NCBI GenBank assembly: GCA_013265495.1
Contig: MU058687.1
Location: forward strand, 1,798,001 to 1,862,000
Direction: 5' to 3'
DNA length: 64,000 bases
Source: Vicugna vicugna
Lineage: Eukaryota
Part shown: positions 37,634 to 49,426 of the stretch, one piece after another
Position numbering within the stretch: position 1 is the first letter of the stretch
How the letters are laid out: each line of letters starts with the position of its first letter
Translations under genes and position numbers: made by a program
Notes under the pieces: generated by a model
What the model was told of the DNA's origin: nothing
What the model saw: only the letters and a program-made list of their open reading frames with translations
Database searches by the model: none

Positions 37634-37915
37634 AATTCTATTTTTAATATTTTGAGGAACTTCTAGACTGTTTTTTACAGAAACTGTATCATTTAACATT
37701 CTCACCAGCAGTGCACAAGGGTTTTAATTTCTCCACATCTTTGCCAACACCTTTTATTAATANNNNNNNNNNNNNNNNNNNNNNNNNNNNNNNNNNNNNN
37801 NNNNNNNNNNNNNNNNNNNNNNNNNNNNNNNNNNNNNNNNNNNNNNNNNNNNNNNNNNNNNNNNNNNNNNNNNNNNNNNNNNNNNNNNNNCCTATTCAGG
37901 CAAAGGACCTGAATA

Positions 37916-37970
37916 TCTGTCTGTCTGTCTGTCTATCTGTCTATCTATCCATCCATCCATCCACCCATCT
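37916..37970. repeat. Compound (CTGT)n(CTAT)n(CCAT)n microsatellite
   Basis: Directly visible. Confidence 0.9.
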
Positions 37971-37979
37971 CATACTACA

Positions 37980-38660
37980 GTCTTAGAGCCCCTTCCCAGT
38001 CTCCTACACTGGCTTCTTTTTCTCTGAGCATCTTTCAATTACTGATGATCCTATATCATCTTGTACATTCTTTTCACTGTACAAACACTCCCTGAGTGAT
38101 TCTATTAGTCTTAGTCTACTGACTGTATGGTTACAATTCAGATTGAATGTGTGATGTTCCCCTCCTCCTAGAAAAATCTGTTTTCCCCTCAGTGTTCCTA
38201 GTCTCAGTAAGGACAGACATCACCTACCTGGTGCTGGTGCCAAAAACCTAGATGTCAGAATTCTCTCTCTCTTTTTTTTTAACCTACGATGTAGGGTTAC
38301 CAGATATAGCAATTAAAAATACAGGACCCCCAACTAAAATTTAATTTCAGGTAAGTAATAATTTTTGTATCAGTATTTCCCAGTTATTGAAATTTAACTG
38401 GGCACCTTGTATTTTATTTGGCAGTCCTACCCCTACACCTAATCAAACATCAAGTTTCTAAATATTTCTCAAATCTGTTCATGTCCCTTTATTTCCCATT
38501 GCCTTCATCCTAAACCTGGCCACTACCATCTCTTGCTTAGATCTCTAAAATAACCTCCCAATCAGACTCCCTGAATGCTCCTTGACCCCCTAATATCCAC
38601 TCTCTACACAGGAGAAAAATCTTTTCAAAGACATGAATTGTATCATAATGTCCTTTCCCT
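37980..38660 (+). mobile_element. L2 fragment containing a MER53-like palindromic MITE (about 38292-38430)
   Basis: L2 motifs similar to those at 8000-8330. tagggttaccagatatagcaattaaaaatacagga...tgtattttatttggcagtccta is a TIR pair. Confidence 0.7.
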
Positions 38661-39031
38661 TATTTCCCCCAACAAATTCCTTATTATTAACAGCTCAACA
38701 TTGCCTTTGCCCATTTTTAAATCAAGTTTGGTTTTTCTCTTGTTGAGTCTTGGGAGTTCTCTATATATTTTGGATATATTCAGATTACCAGATGTATGAT
38801 TTACAAATATTTTCTCCCATTCTGTAATAGGCCTTCTTACTCTATTNNNNNNNNNNNNNNNNNNNNNNNNNNNNNNNNNNNNNNNNNNNNNNNNNNNNNN
38901 NNNNNNNNNNNNNNNNNNNNNNNNNNNNNNNNNNNNNNNNNNNNNNNNNNNNNNNNNNNNNNNNNNNNNNNNNNNNNNNNCTGTATTTTTGTCTAAGATT
39001 TTTACAGTTTTAGCTCTTATGTTTAGGTCTT

Positions 39032-39172
39032 TCAAACACACCATCATTTTTGTAACATCCTATTGTTTACACACGCCAGCTCTATTCATTGTGGGAGGGG
39101 TCACACAGGATATGAATACCAGGAGGTGGGACTCACTGGGGGCCATCTTGGAGGCTGGCTCCTGCAATAATT
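39032..39172 (-). mobile_element. MaLR LTR (MLT1F/G-like), second part of the same LTR
   Basis: gtgaatacc-like gatatgaataccaggaggtgggactcactgggggccatcttggaggctgg; continues the consensus from 35985. Confidence 0.7.
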
Positions 39173-39199
39173 CGGGTACAGTTTTAAAATTTAAGTAAT

Positions 39200-40360
39200 T
39201 CTATGAAGTTCATGATGAAAATGGAAATCCCTTGCTCTTTCTCTTCCCACTGCTACCAAACCTTAATTTCCACACTCCAGAGATAACTGCTTTCAACTTT
39301 TTCAGCTGTTTCTTCAGTTATTTACTATTATATTTCTAAATCATATGTTTATCTGCCGTTTGGGGGCTTTTATGTTATGTAGTATTTATTAAATTCTATC
39401 AGAAGATGGAAGTTTATCATTCTTATACCATCTCCTCTTGCCCCCATCCCAACCATACACACGCACACACACTCACATACTCTTCCCTTCCTCCCATCCC
39501 TGCAGTGAACACATAGTACAATTTGATCAGTGTTCACTGTTTTCATTATCACAGCTATGCTCTTGGGAACTTTTGGGCCTCTTAGAGTCGTTATTTCTTC
39601 TTTCTTATTTCTTCATTTTGTCTGACTTAGTACGTGAAGTTAAGAAATTTTCTAAGTTTCAAATTTCTTCCAGTTTAAGACAGTTTACACGGGGCTGCAT
39701 CAGGCGGGTGGGGTGGAGGATGTGTGTCTGTGCATATGTAGTTATATATATATAAAACTATTATCTATAGACTGAAGTGTTTATGTTCATACTTTATGAA
39801 AATTAACTGTACAAGTAGTATCCACATGTAGCCACATCATAAAGTCGTCTAATAGAAATACACACAGATTATGAGAAGATAAAGTCCCCTCCTCCTCAGA
39901 GGTAGCCGCAATTAAAAGATTGATTTGTGTATTTTTCCATGTGTTTTTCTGTGACTTTTTTTCCTTCCTAATGTCACCATGTTTTTCCAGTTTGTTTACA
40001 TAAGCTTATCTAAATATTTTTAACCACTATGTAGTTTTCCAAAGGATGAAATGTACCGTAATTTATTTTGCCATTCTCCTATTAAAGAGTGCTAAATTGT
40101 ATCCAATTTAGGCATCTGCAGTGAATGCCTTGTACATATATGTTTGTGCACATGTGTGGGTATTTCTGTGTGACACACTCCCATAAGTGGAACCTGTTGG
40201 ATCAAATGATATGTACACTTTGAAACTGTATAGATACTGTCAGGTTGGCCTCTAAAAGGATCCTAGAAGGGCTGCACTAATCCCCCCACCAATCTGGAGT
40301 GCCCTTTCTCCACACTTGCCAACACTGCATACCGGTGATCTTTCTATTCCTCTGGACTAT
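39200..40360 (-). mobile_element. Old L1 (L1MC/ME-like) 3' fragments
   Basis: ccagagataactgctttcaac, cataagtggaacctgttggatcaaatgatatg, ccacacttgccaacactg. Confidence 0.6.
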
Positions 40361-41879
40361 CACTTAGCCCTTTCCTATAAATTCTCTGTTTTTACTGATA
40401 ATGAAATTAGGAATAGACCTATCTTCAGATACATTATTTTAGAGATGCTTTCTTTTGAAGCAAGAATATAACGAAGAGATGAGGCTGTGAAGCAGAAGGT
40501 CAAAGTGTTCTCAGTGGGCTCTTTCGCTCCTTCCTTCGTATCAGTTAAGACTAGAGTGAATCCCTGCAAGTCAGCCTCTCTGCCTGCACGCTGCTGAAGT
40601 GCTTTCTTCTCCTGCTTTTGTTTTTGACCGATTTCATCCAAGGAGACTTACCTTTTTCCCTCCCTAAGTAATGAATAACCAGAATAGTCACAGAACCCAG
40701 CAAGTTGAGTGAAGGAAGCTTAAGGAAAATATTAAAGAGGAAGAAAAGCATTTGATGTACTTTTAATATAAAATGTGGAAAAAGTAGAAGGCTGGGGGCT
40801 GGGGAAAGAGGGAGGAGAGAGATTATTCACGGTAATGAGAACCAAATGTTGGCCGGGAAAGCTGCGGCATTCTCACACTCTTCCTGTAAACCGGGCGGCT
40901 TTTCAGAGTGATAATCACAGAGAGCCAGCAACACAGGACACGCCTTAACCCTTCCATACCTGGACAGCGCCCGAGTCAGCTGTTCAGAGGTGGCGTTCGC
41001 TTTGAAGTCCTGGCACATGGGCAACGTCTGTGTCCCTCTTGCCATTGTGGCAAAAAGACAGAAAGTGGAGACAAGTGGTAGAACAGTAAGGGAACACCTG
41101 CTTGCTGAAACACCTCCCACTGTGCCTGAGTTTCTCTCCCTATGTTAGGCTCTAATATTGGGCCAGAAGCAGCCTGCTTGACCAATAGCTGACTGGGTTT
41201 GAGTGCTAATATCCTCTCCCCTTGCTGTCCAGAGATGAGGAGAACCCCCAGGTGGCAGACAGGCCTTCTCCTTCCATCAGTAATAATCCCATGACTTGAA
41301 AGGCTTCCAAGGAGTCTGAATTTGTCCCGGGTGTCCGTGTGAAAGTCTGTGTGCTCATCTGGAGGCCCTTGGCTTCTCTCGGGGGTCCATTCCTGCCTCT
41401 GTGCAGCTGAGCTGTAAGACTGTTTGCTGCTGAAGCACACTCCCTGACCTTCTGACCTCAGGTGGTCAAAGACAGGCACCTACTCCATGGACATGCCATT
41501 TATCTACAGAGGGCAAATGGAAAGGGGTGAGGGAGTGAATGCAGTTCCCTGTTCCACTGGCTTTTCACTTCCATCTTGATCTGAACTTTGGTCAGAACCT
41601 TTAAGTCCATCATGACTAAGAAAGAAATGTTAGTTTCCACGTGAGCTATTCACCATCTCGGAGGTGGGCAGTGGTAGCAGTAGGACGGGCGGCCCCGCAG
41701 GGCAGTGGGGGCTACGAGTCTGCCGAGAGCTGAGCAGCTGCTGGGCCCTCCACGCCTCACTCGTCTCATCTGTAATCCGAGGCGTCCTTGGTCTCTTCCT
41801 CGTGGGAGTGGCAAGGGTTCCAGGGAGTCGAAGCGCGGAGAACATTTAGCACACCACCTGGCACCTGCTCCTGTCTTCC

Positions 41880-42130
41880 TCAGTGCCCTCACACTGCCTG
41901 CAGCCCATATGGAAACATGTCTTTTTTTCAGACATTTTTAAGAATCATCCTTGGGGTGATTTTAGAGTTTTACATCTTACATTTAAGTGTTGTGAATGAC
42001 CCAGTTTGAATTAGTTCTTGTATGATGTCTGAGGTTTAGTTTGAGGTTCGTTTTTTGGCCTGTGGACGTACAGCTGCTGCTGCACGATTTGTGGGGTGAG
42101 GAAAATCAGTATCCAGTCTTTTCACAGTGG
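41880..42130 (-). mobile_element. L1 ORF2 fragment
   Basis: ttttagagttttacatcttacatttaagt...tgaggtttagtttgaggttcg. Confidence 0.6.
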
Positions 42131-42728
42131 CGTCCCAGGCTAGTGTAGACCTATTTACTAGTGGTGGTGATGTGCAAAGGAGAGGTGGAAATATTTCTGA
42201 AAATAAACTGTCATTGGTGGAATATGAGAAGCACAATTTCTATGAACAAAAGTGAAGAAAGATGTAGTGGCAGGAATATTATAGTTGAGCAGTACAAATA
42301 TCTTTACCACAGTCTATGAATCTGTACAATTTTTCACTTTTACCAGACACTAATGTCATGCTTTGTGTGTGGCAGAAAACATCAATAGACTGAAGAAGTT
42401 AACTGTAAGTATATGGCTTGCATTTACAATTTGGATTAAATTTCTGCTTGCTTTCTATGCTGACTCTTCTGCATATAACTTAATTTCTTACACAGATTAG
42501 AACCAGCATGTCAGGCAGATTAGATGGCTGTTTTTTAATGGTGGGTAATTCCACACAAGGGAAGTATCATGACTCTAGGGGATGGAAATTGTAGATTTTT
42601 TTTTTTTTGGTTTCTTACAATGGCCTGATCATACAGGTGCTGGTCAACACATCTTATAAATGTGATTTGTCCTTTTAGCTATTGTTTAACAAATGTGTTC
42701 ATCAGCCGTGGTATTTTAGAAGAGAATC

Positions 42729-42764
42729 GTTGCTTGTTGGACTTTTGGCTAAGATCAAATGTAG
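42729..42764 (+). pseudogene. 3'-truncated U2 snRNA pseudogene (about nt 1-36)
   Basis: gttgcttgttggacttttggctaagatcaaatgtag versus U2 ATCGCTTCTCGGCCTTTTGGCTAAGATCAAGTGTAG. Flanked by agaagagaa (42718-42726) and agaagggaa (42763-42771). Confidence 0.8.
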
Positions 42765-43169
42765 AAGGGAAGGAACCATGGTATCATGCAAAGGATATAA
42801 AGAAGAAGAAGAAGAGGTAATGAATGATGTCCCTTTTAGCCTCCAGGCCATTTATGGACTCAGTATGTGGGGAATCTGGCCATAGACAGAGAAATGAATC
42901 ATATGTTTCTTCATCAGCAAGTGTAATGTCTGGAATTTGAGCTCTCAAGGTAAAAAGAGTTTTGTTTGATTCATGCCTAAAATACAAATTCTGTCTTCCT
43001 GTGTTTGTCATTTTCATACTACAGCTGATAGGCTTGTCTATACCAAGAGAATGCAGTTTACCATATAGGAATAAGGACTCCCAATTGATTTGTGAGAAAT
43101 CTGGGATACATCCCATTGAATCTCAAAGATAAGATCACATATAAGGAATAGTAGGAGCTGATGGTAACA

Positions 43170-43432
43170 TGCAGTGTTTGTGATATGCCAGGCTTTATGT
43201 GCTTTATGTGCCTTAACTCATTGAATTGAATTTTTACTATGTGTCAGCAGCTATTCTCAAAGCTTTACCTGTATGAACCGATTTCATGCTCACAACCACT
43301 GTTATCATCCCCATTTTACAGATGAAGAGACTAAGCACAGAGAAACAAAGTGACTTGCCCACAACGGCACGTTGGTGGATGGCAGTCAGGATTCACACCC
43401 AAACAAGTGGTTGCAGAATCCATGCTCTTAAC
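43170..43432 (-). mobile_element. MIR SINE
   Basis: atccccattttacagatgaagagactaagcacagaga...gtgacttgccc. Confidence 0.8.
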
Positions 43433-43440
43433 CAAACTGC

Positions 43441-43625
43441 CAGTGATTCTTAGTGGGGTACATCAGAATCCCTTGAAGGGCTTGTTAGAATAGAGGTTGC
43501 TGGGCCCAGTCTCAGAGTTTCTGGATTAAGTAGGTCTGAGGTAAGACTCAGTTATTTTCACTTTTAACAAGTTCCCAAGTGATGCTGTGCTGTCGGCCCA
43601 GGGACCATGCTTTGAGAACCGCTGT
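43441..43625. mobile_element. MER5A hAT MITE
   Basis: cagtgattcttagtggg...ttttaacaagttcccaagtgatgctg...ctttgagaaccgctg with TIRs. Confidence 0.85.
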
Positions 43626-43944
43626 CCTGTGCTATGCTGCCTCTCCCAGGGCTGTAATGAATCAGTACTCAGTGCAAGCAGGTGAGGACCAGGGTAGGTT
43701 TCAATGGTCTGGTCTTATCAGAGGTAGGTGCCTGCATTTCATGCCAGCTGTGACCTTGAACTGAACCCCTCTAGTGAATCTTAAGGACAACAAATCTCAG
43801 TAGACTTGTCTTGATGCAACAGAAGCATGTGCCATTGTAGTCTTGCCATGGACTTGATGAATAAGAGACTAAATCCTAGTGTGATGAAGGGTTGTTTCCA
43901 TAGATTATAGTTGAAGGTAGCTTGGGAACGGGCTCATACATGGT

Positions 43945-43981
43945 ATACACACACGCACGTGCGCACACACACACACACACT
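43945..43981. repeat. Alternating purine-pyrimidine (CA/CG) tract
   Basis: tacacacacgcacgtgcgcacacacacacacac. Confidence 0.85.
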
Positions 43982-45884
43982 GCAGTAGGAAAAAGGCTTG
44001 ACTATTTGTATACATTTTACTTCCCCCACTTTGCCCTGTGACTTAAACAGAAAATCTCTTTTGTGTGATTTCCCCAGTATTTTCCCCGTTTTATAAAAAG
44101 AGCATGATTTGTAAAGAAAAGAAAAAGGACAGGTGGAGAATGTTGAAAAAAAAAAAAGAGGGAAGGAAGGTGGAGTTTTGGAGTTGTCTCCCATCTCCCT
44201 TGGCCAATTGAGAAAGGGGACATAGACAGGTTACTGAAGCCAGAAAAGCTGTAGACTTGACTGTTCCAAGTTGCTTGCTGTTTTGCTTCCTGGGGAAAAT
44301 AGGAGAAACGAAGGGAGCCTAACTGATGTGATGAGGCAGGAATTCTGAATTTGTGACACTTTGCAAGCTGTTTGTGTGCACTAGGTTTGAACCCAGCTAC
44401 AATTCAATATAGAACTTCTTGGAAACTGGCACATCAGCTGCCTTAGACAGTCTGCACATTAACTTTCACTTTGAAAATGTTTCCTGGCTTGTCTTTGCAG
44501 GCTGTGAAAGCTAGGTGATGGTTGGTCCAGTTTTACAAGAGCCAGCTGTGCTCGTGTGTACCTGCGTTGTTGTCACAAAGGCATCAGACTTTTCCCTTTA
44601 TTTGATAGCAGTCCTGCTGAGCTGGATTCGGTCTTCATTGTTGAATGAACTGGTGTCAGGGAGTTCTCTTTTGGCGTTCTTAAAGGTCACCCTTTGCTCA
44701 CTTCTTTTTTAGTTCACAGCTACATTTTTCAGGCTTCATGTGGTATGTTGGTGATGCCAAAGTAAAGAGCTGGATCAAAGACATTTCTCGTTAATAAGGC
44801 TAAGGATCAATCTGCCTTTGGAGATCCAGACTGCTAATAGATAAAGGACCAAGGAGTCTCCACCTACATAACTGGCTGACTCCTGGAATCCTAAGTTGTC
44901 TTCTAGAACAGTGCTGTGAACTTAACCTTTTGAAAGGTTTGGTTTTATATCCAGCTCTGTGTTCCATAAAGCTTGCCCCCAGATTCTCTGCCAGATGTAC
45001 TGAGAAATCCAAGTTTGTCCTAATTTCCTCCTCCTGGGGACCATTCCATCAATCATGGAATGGTACGAGCGTGGAGACAGCAGAAGTCTGGTTCACATTC
45101 TGAATCCATTGTCAAGTCCAGCTGGCTAGGATCTCACTGTACTTTTAAAGAGCAGGCGTATCAGCTCTTAGCTTTTTGACTGGATACCTCAGTGCGTTCT
45201 TCCCAAATGTGTGTCATCGTCACACAGTATTAATAAAACCAAAGTTAAAGTTAGCCAGAATATCTCCCCTAGACATCTTTCAGTCATCACTACTGCTTCT
45301 TTTTCTTTTCTGTATCTCTGCTTATTGAATGAATGATCAGAAACCTCCCCTCTCAGTTGTTTGTAATTCGTATCTTACTTGGATCCTGGTCATGTTCTTA
45401 ATCTCTTTGGATTCTTGCTTTTTTTTTTTTCTGATTGATTTTGAGTCACCTTATTTGAATGTGTTGTCCTGCTTCCACTTTTGGCTTTTCTATTAAAATG
45501 TGTAGTAAACAGTAGGTGATAGATTTATTTTGGGGGTGCCAACTGATACCAAGAATTCTTATTTGGGTTCTTAGTTTTCCAGGCACATCTCTGCCTTGTC
45601 CAAACCCTTTATTCCTCAAGGAAAAAAACTCACAAGAGTCAAGCTGTTGAATCAATCTTATTTTCTCTGCTTAATAATTGAATTACTATGTCAAAGAGGA
45701 CCAGGTCTTATGATTACTAATTTGTGTGATTTATAGTTCTAGTCCTGTGATTATGATTCAGTGTATGATTTCATGTGCAATGAAGGAGCTCATACACTGG
45801 GAACAGAAGGGAAGAGAGAGAAATAAATTAGATGCTGAATATATAAACTGGTAATTGAAATGTCAGTTTCAGGCCAAAATCTAA

Positions 45885-46620
45885 CAGATTAGCAAACCAA
45901 TGATTTGGCTGTCCTTAGAGAAGGAAAAGGGAATCACCAGCATTGATTCATGAAAAAAATAAGTCATGCTAGACTAACCTCATTTCCCTTCATGGTGGAA
46001 TTACTTTAGAAAGAGATGATCAGGGGACTGAAAAAGAATTACCATAACTGGGTTTCAACAAGGCATAATGAAATCTTATAAACATGAAAGAGAAATGTGA
46101 ATGAGATACTATCATTAGTAATATTTGGTGACTTAATAAGCAACTGTACCCAAACAATAAGGCTCTGTGATTGGCTCACTAGTTCACCAGTTTTAAGTAG
46201 TGAATTCATTTATCTATTCGTATTTATTTAGGTACCTACTATATACTAGGTACTTACATATCTAGCAGATATACTAAACCTATTTTCAGATGACATGAAG
46301 TAGGGTGGGATGCTGAATAACCTTGGAAGACAACCAGAATTCACAGTGGTTTAAACAGGCTAGAATGATGAGTCTTATTCATGGAATTTAATAAGAAAAA
46401 GCATAAAGCTCTTCACATGGTTTCAGGAACTCAAGTGAAGAGGGCTTAAGGGTTTAAATTGACTTTAAGTGTAACAGAAGTTAACAGTTGAATAAGAACT
46501 GCCAAAACCAATACTATCTTGTGGGAAGTCTCACAACGTATTGCCAGATGAAGACAGCAGATTATAAAGCTGATAGTACAGAATCACTCTGTTTGTGTGA
46601 GGGATATACGCAGAGGAAGT
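45885..46620 (+). mobile_element. L3/CR1 LINE ORF2 fragment
   Basis: aagtcatgctagactaacctcatttcc and gatgacatgaagtagggtgggatgctgaataaccttggaagac match CR1 RT-region motifs. Confidence 0.7.
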
Positions 46621-47334
46621 ATGTGACTTAATATGTCGACAAAATGTCTATAGTAGCCATCTTTGGTTGTTGGAGTGCAGAGAGATGATTTTTGGTTTTT
46701 GTCTTTGTTTTCTTATTTTTCAGGTTTATGGCGTTTGAAAGTATATTGCTTTTGCTCCTTAAAAAATTTTTTTTGTTTCATTTTGGAAAGGGGAAAGGCA
46801 GTGCAGCCACTGCTGATAACCAAGGCTTTTTATTCACAGAATTGGGGGTGGGGAAGTAGGAGGATGCTAATCTCCATCATTCCTCAGTGCTCACACCTCC
46901 ACCCGACAGCTGCCCCTCCCTGGTAAGCAGCATTGTTAGCAGGCACCCACTTCCCCCCGGGGGCCAGCACCCTGCCTGTGGTTAGAGCCTTCTCCTGCGG
47001 GCTTGGTTGGGAGCAGCAGGCCTCCATCACCAGGAAGTGTCCTCACATGGGGGCCTCCTGCAGCAGCTGACTGGTCGGGGTGGGAGGCTGGCTCCTCCAT
47101 TCACACACATGAGGGAATCCTGAATCCTTTTGTCAGCTCCACTGGATTGGCTCCCACATTTATCACCCAGGTCACCCCACAGGCACACAGTACTTGGTGA
47201 AGGGATTAAAAAGACTTCTTTGCTTCTCTTCTTTCTGAGAAGTAATAGAATTGCTCACACCTGTTCTTTAGTGCCCTTATAGTTTGTTTTCACACTGGTT
47301 TGGATTTACTTTCCACAGGAAGAAGGTAAATAAT

Positions 47335-47560
47335 AGCTCACTGAGCACTTACTATGTGTCCCAGACAGTGTGCTCGATGCTTTAGACTTATTATTACATT
47401 TAATTCTTGAAGCAGCCCTGTGAGAGGTGGAACTGAGTTTTACTCCCACTTCACAGCTGAGGAAACCAAGGCCTAGAGAGGTTAAGTATGTTGCTTTAAG
47501 TGGTAGAGCCAGGATTTGAACCCAGCTGTCTCGTTCAAGAGCCCAGCTCCTTGGTCGCTA
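47335..47560 (-). mobile_element. MIR SINE
   Basis: gaggaaaccaaggcctagagaggttaagt...gagccaggatttgaaccc. Confidence 0.8.
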
Positions 47561-48786
47561 TGCTGTGCTGCCTGCCTCCTGTTCTGCGGGTTGTCCAGTT
47601 CAGAACCTGTGGTGCCGCTCTGGGGTCACGGGGTCTCTGCTCTTCCTCCAGAATCCTCCCACTAACCTAGCTCTTACATTGGTTTTGATTCCTTTCCAGC
47701 ATCCAAGCCTTTTATTTCTTCTTGCCTTCTTTCTTGGATTATTTCTTTAATCCTTTCCCAAGACCCTTTCATCCTCTCAAATAAACAAAATGGTTAAAGG
47801 TTTTTAAGCCCTTTCACCCCATTCTCAAGCAGGAAGATCAGCTTGCATTCATAATTTCATATAGTTCTATGCTTTTGAGCCAGTATATAGGTCATCAGAA
47901 GTTCACATAGTTTTTCCAGATAATGTCTGAGCTTTTCTGTTCCTCTAATACTACTTCTGTTGTACTTCAACTCTTCCTGCAAAAGAACTATCTCAATCTA
48001 ATGCTACAGATTCAAAACAGAAGATAAAAGTGTATATAGTCTTATCCCAAGGAGCAAACTCAAAGGTAAAAAATTAAATTTTAATCGTTAGCACTTGAAA
48101 TTTTAGAGATAATTTAAAAATAATTTTTCAACGCAAAAATTCTCTAAGTATAAAGGTACCTGTCACCATCAGCATTAAAATCTCTTGGCAGGTCTGTCTA
48201 ATTCATTCTAGTTAAATAATTTGAAGGACAAATTTTATTTGGGTAGCTATTGCTGTTCCCAGTCAGCAGTTACTAATAGCAAGCCTTAGGATTTATTACT
48301 AGACAGTTTCGGCATTATTTTTGAAATGATATCTACATGCATTTTGACTTTTATTCTTTCACTAATGAAAGAAGTTCTTGATCACCCACTGGAAACCTTT
48401 GATAAGCAGATGTTTTTTTCTTGGAGCCTAACTGTGCAATTTTAATGCTAAACTTAACTATCACTGACCTCTTGACGCTTTTCTAACTACATATAACTTT
48501 TAATTTCATGATATATCTTCAGGCTCTGTTTTTCAGAGCCAACAATTCTTTCTGCCTTTTAACCAAAGGGTTCATTTACCGTCATCATTGTCACTCTGCT
48601 TGCATATCTCTCACTTCTTCAGACCTTCCTGCCAGCTTACATGATCCTTCAGGGACTAATGTTCTTTTCCTCACTGTCATTATCATGTAGGCTAGCTCCC
48701 CTTGAGGCTCTGTCCAGAGCTGTTCATCCATGGCTTTGAACCTCTCTGGAAGTGCCACCTGTTTCAGAGTCCTGCCATCCCTGACT

Positions 48787-49130
48787 TGTTTGCAAATATT
48801 TTCTCCCATTCTGTAGGTTTTCTTTTCATTAAGCTTATAAGTTTAATTAGGTCTCATTATTTATTTTTGCTTTTATTTCTATTGCCTGGGTAGACTGGGC
48901 TAGGAGAACACTGCTAAGACTTATGTCAGAGAATGTTTTGCCTATGTTTTCTTCTAGGAGGTTTATAGTGTCTAGTCTTATGTTTAGGTCTTTAAGCCAT
49001 TTTGAGGGGTTTATTTTTGTGTATGGAGTGAGGGAGTGTTCTAACTTCATTGATTTACATGCAGCTGTCCAGTTTTCCGAGCACCACTTGCTAAAGAGGC
49101 TATCTTTTCTTCATTGTGTATCAGCATAGT
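48787..49130 (-). mobile_element. Young L1 ORF2 internal fragment without 3' end
   Basis: Track ORF 48847..49050 [39 protein letters not shown] is a little-diverged L1 ORF2 C-terminal region. Confidence 0.85.
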
Positions 49131-49235
49131 GTTTTTGAGATTCATCTATGTTGTTGTTTTTATCAGTAGTTCAATCCTTTTTATTGTTTAATATTCCATT
49201 ATATGACTATTTATACAACTTGTTTATCCATTTTT

Positions 49236-49426
49236 AGTAATATATATTTTTTATTAAAGTATAGTTGATTTACAGTGTTGTATTAGTTTCAGTTATACAG
49301 GAAAATGATTCAGTGATATGTGTATATACGCACATAGGTATATTCTTTTTCAGATTCTTTTCCATTATAGGTTATTCCAAGATACTGAATACAGTTCCCT
49401 GTGCTATACAGTAGGTCCTTGTTGTT
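49236..49426 (-). mobile_element. Short 5'-truncated L1 3' end with 16-bp TSD
   Basis: TSD TTGTTTATCCATTTTT at 49220-49235 and 49427-49442. Confidence 0.8.

Larger units (their letters stand above)
35986..39031 (-). mobile_element. 5'-truncated L1 (L1MB-like) inserted in the MLT1 LTR, itself interrupted three times
   Basis: Collinear antisense L1 3'UTR/ORF2 blocks at 35990-36271, 36555-36746, 37634-37900 and 38704-39031. Track ORF 38643..39047 contains LKDLNIRAKTVKIL and WEKIFVNH (L1 ORF2). Confidence 0.8.

Noticed and set aside
36853-37705. Several 77-95 aa minus-strand ORFs as genes
   Set aside because: They are frameshifted pieces of the RPS2 processed pseudogene.
44480-44750. Acceptor gtctttgcag at 44500 as an extra TTLL5 exon
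   Set aside because: In the intron's phase it reads R-L-stop and only weak donors follow. It cannot be supported without RNA data.
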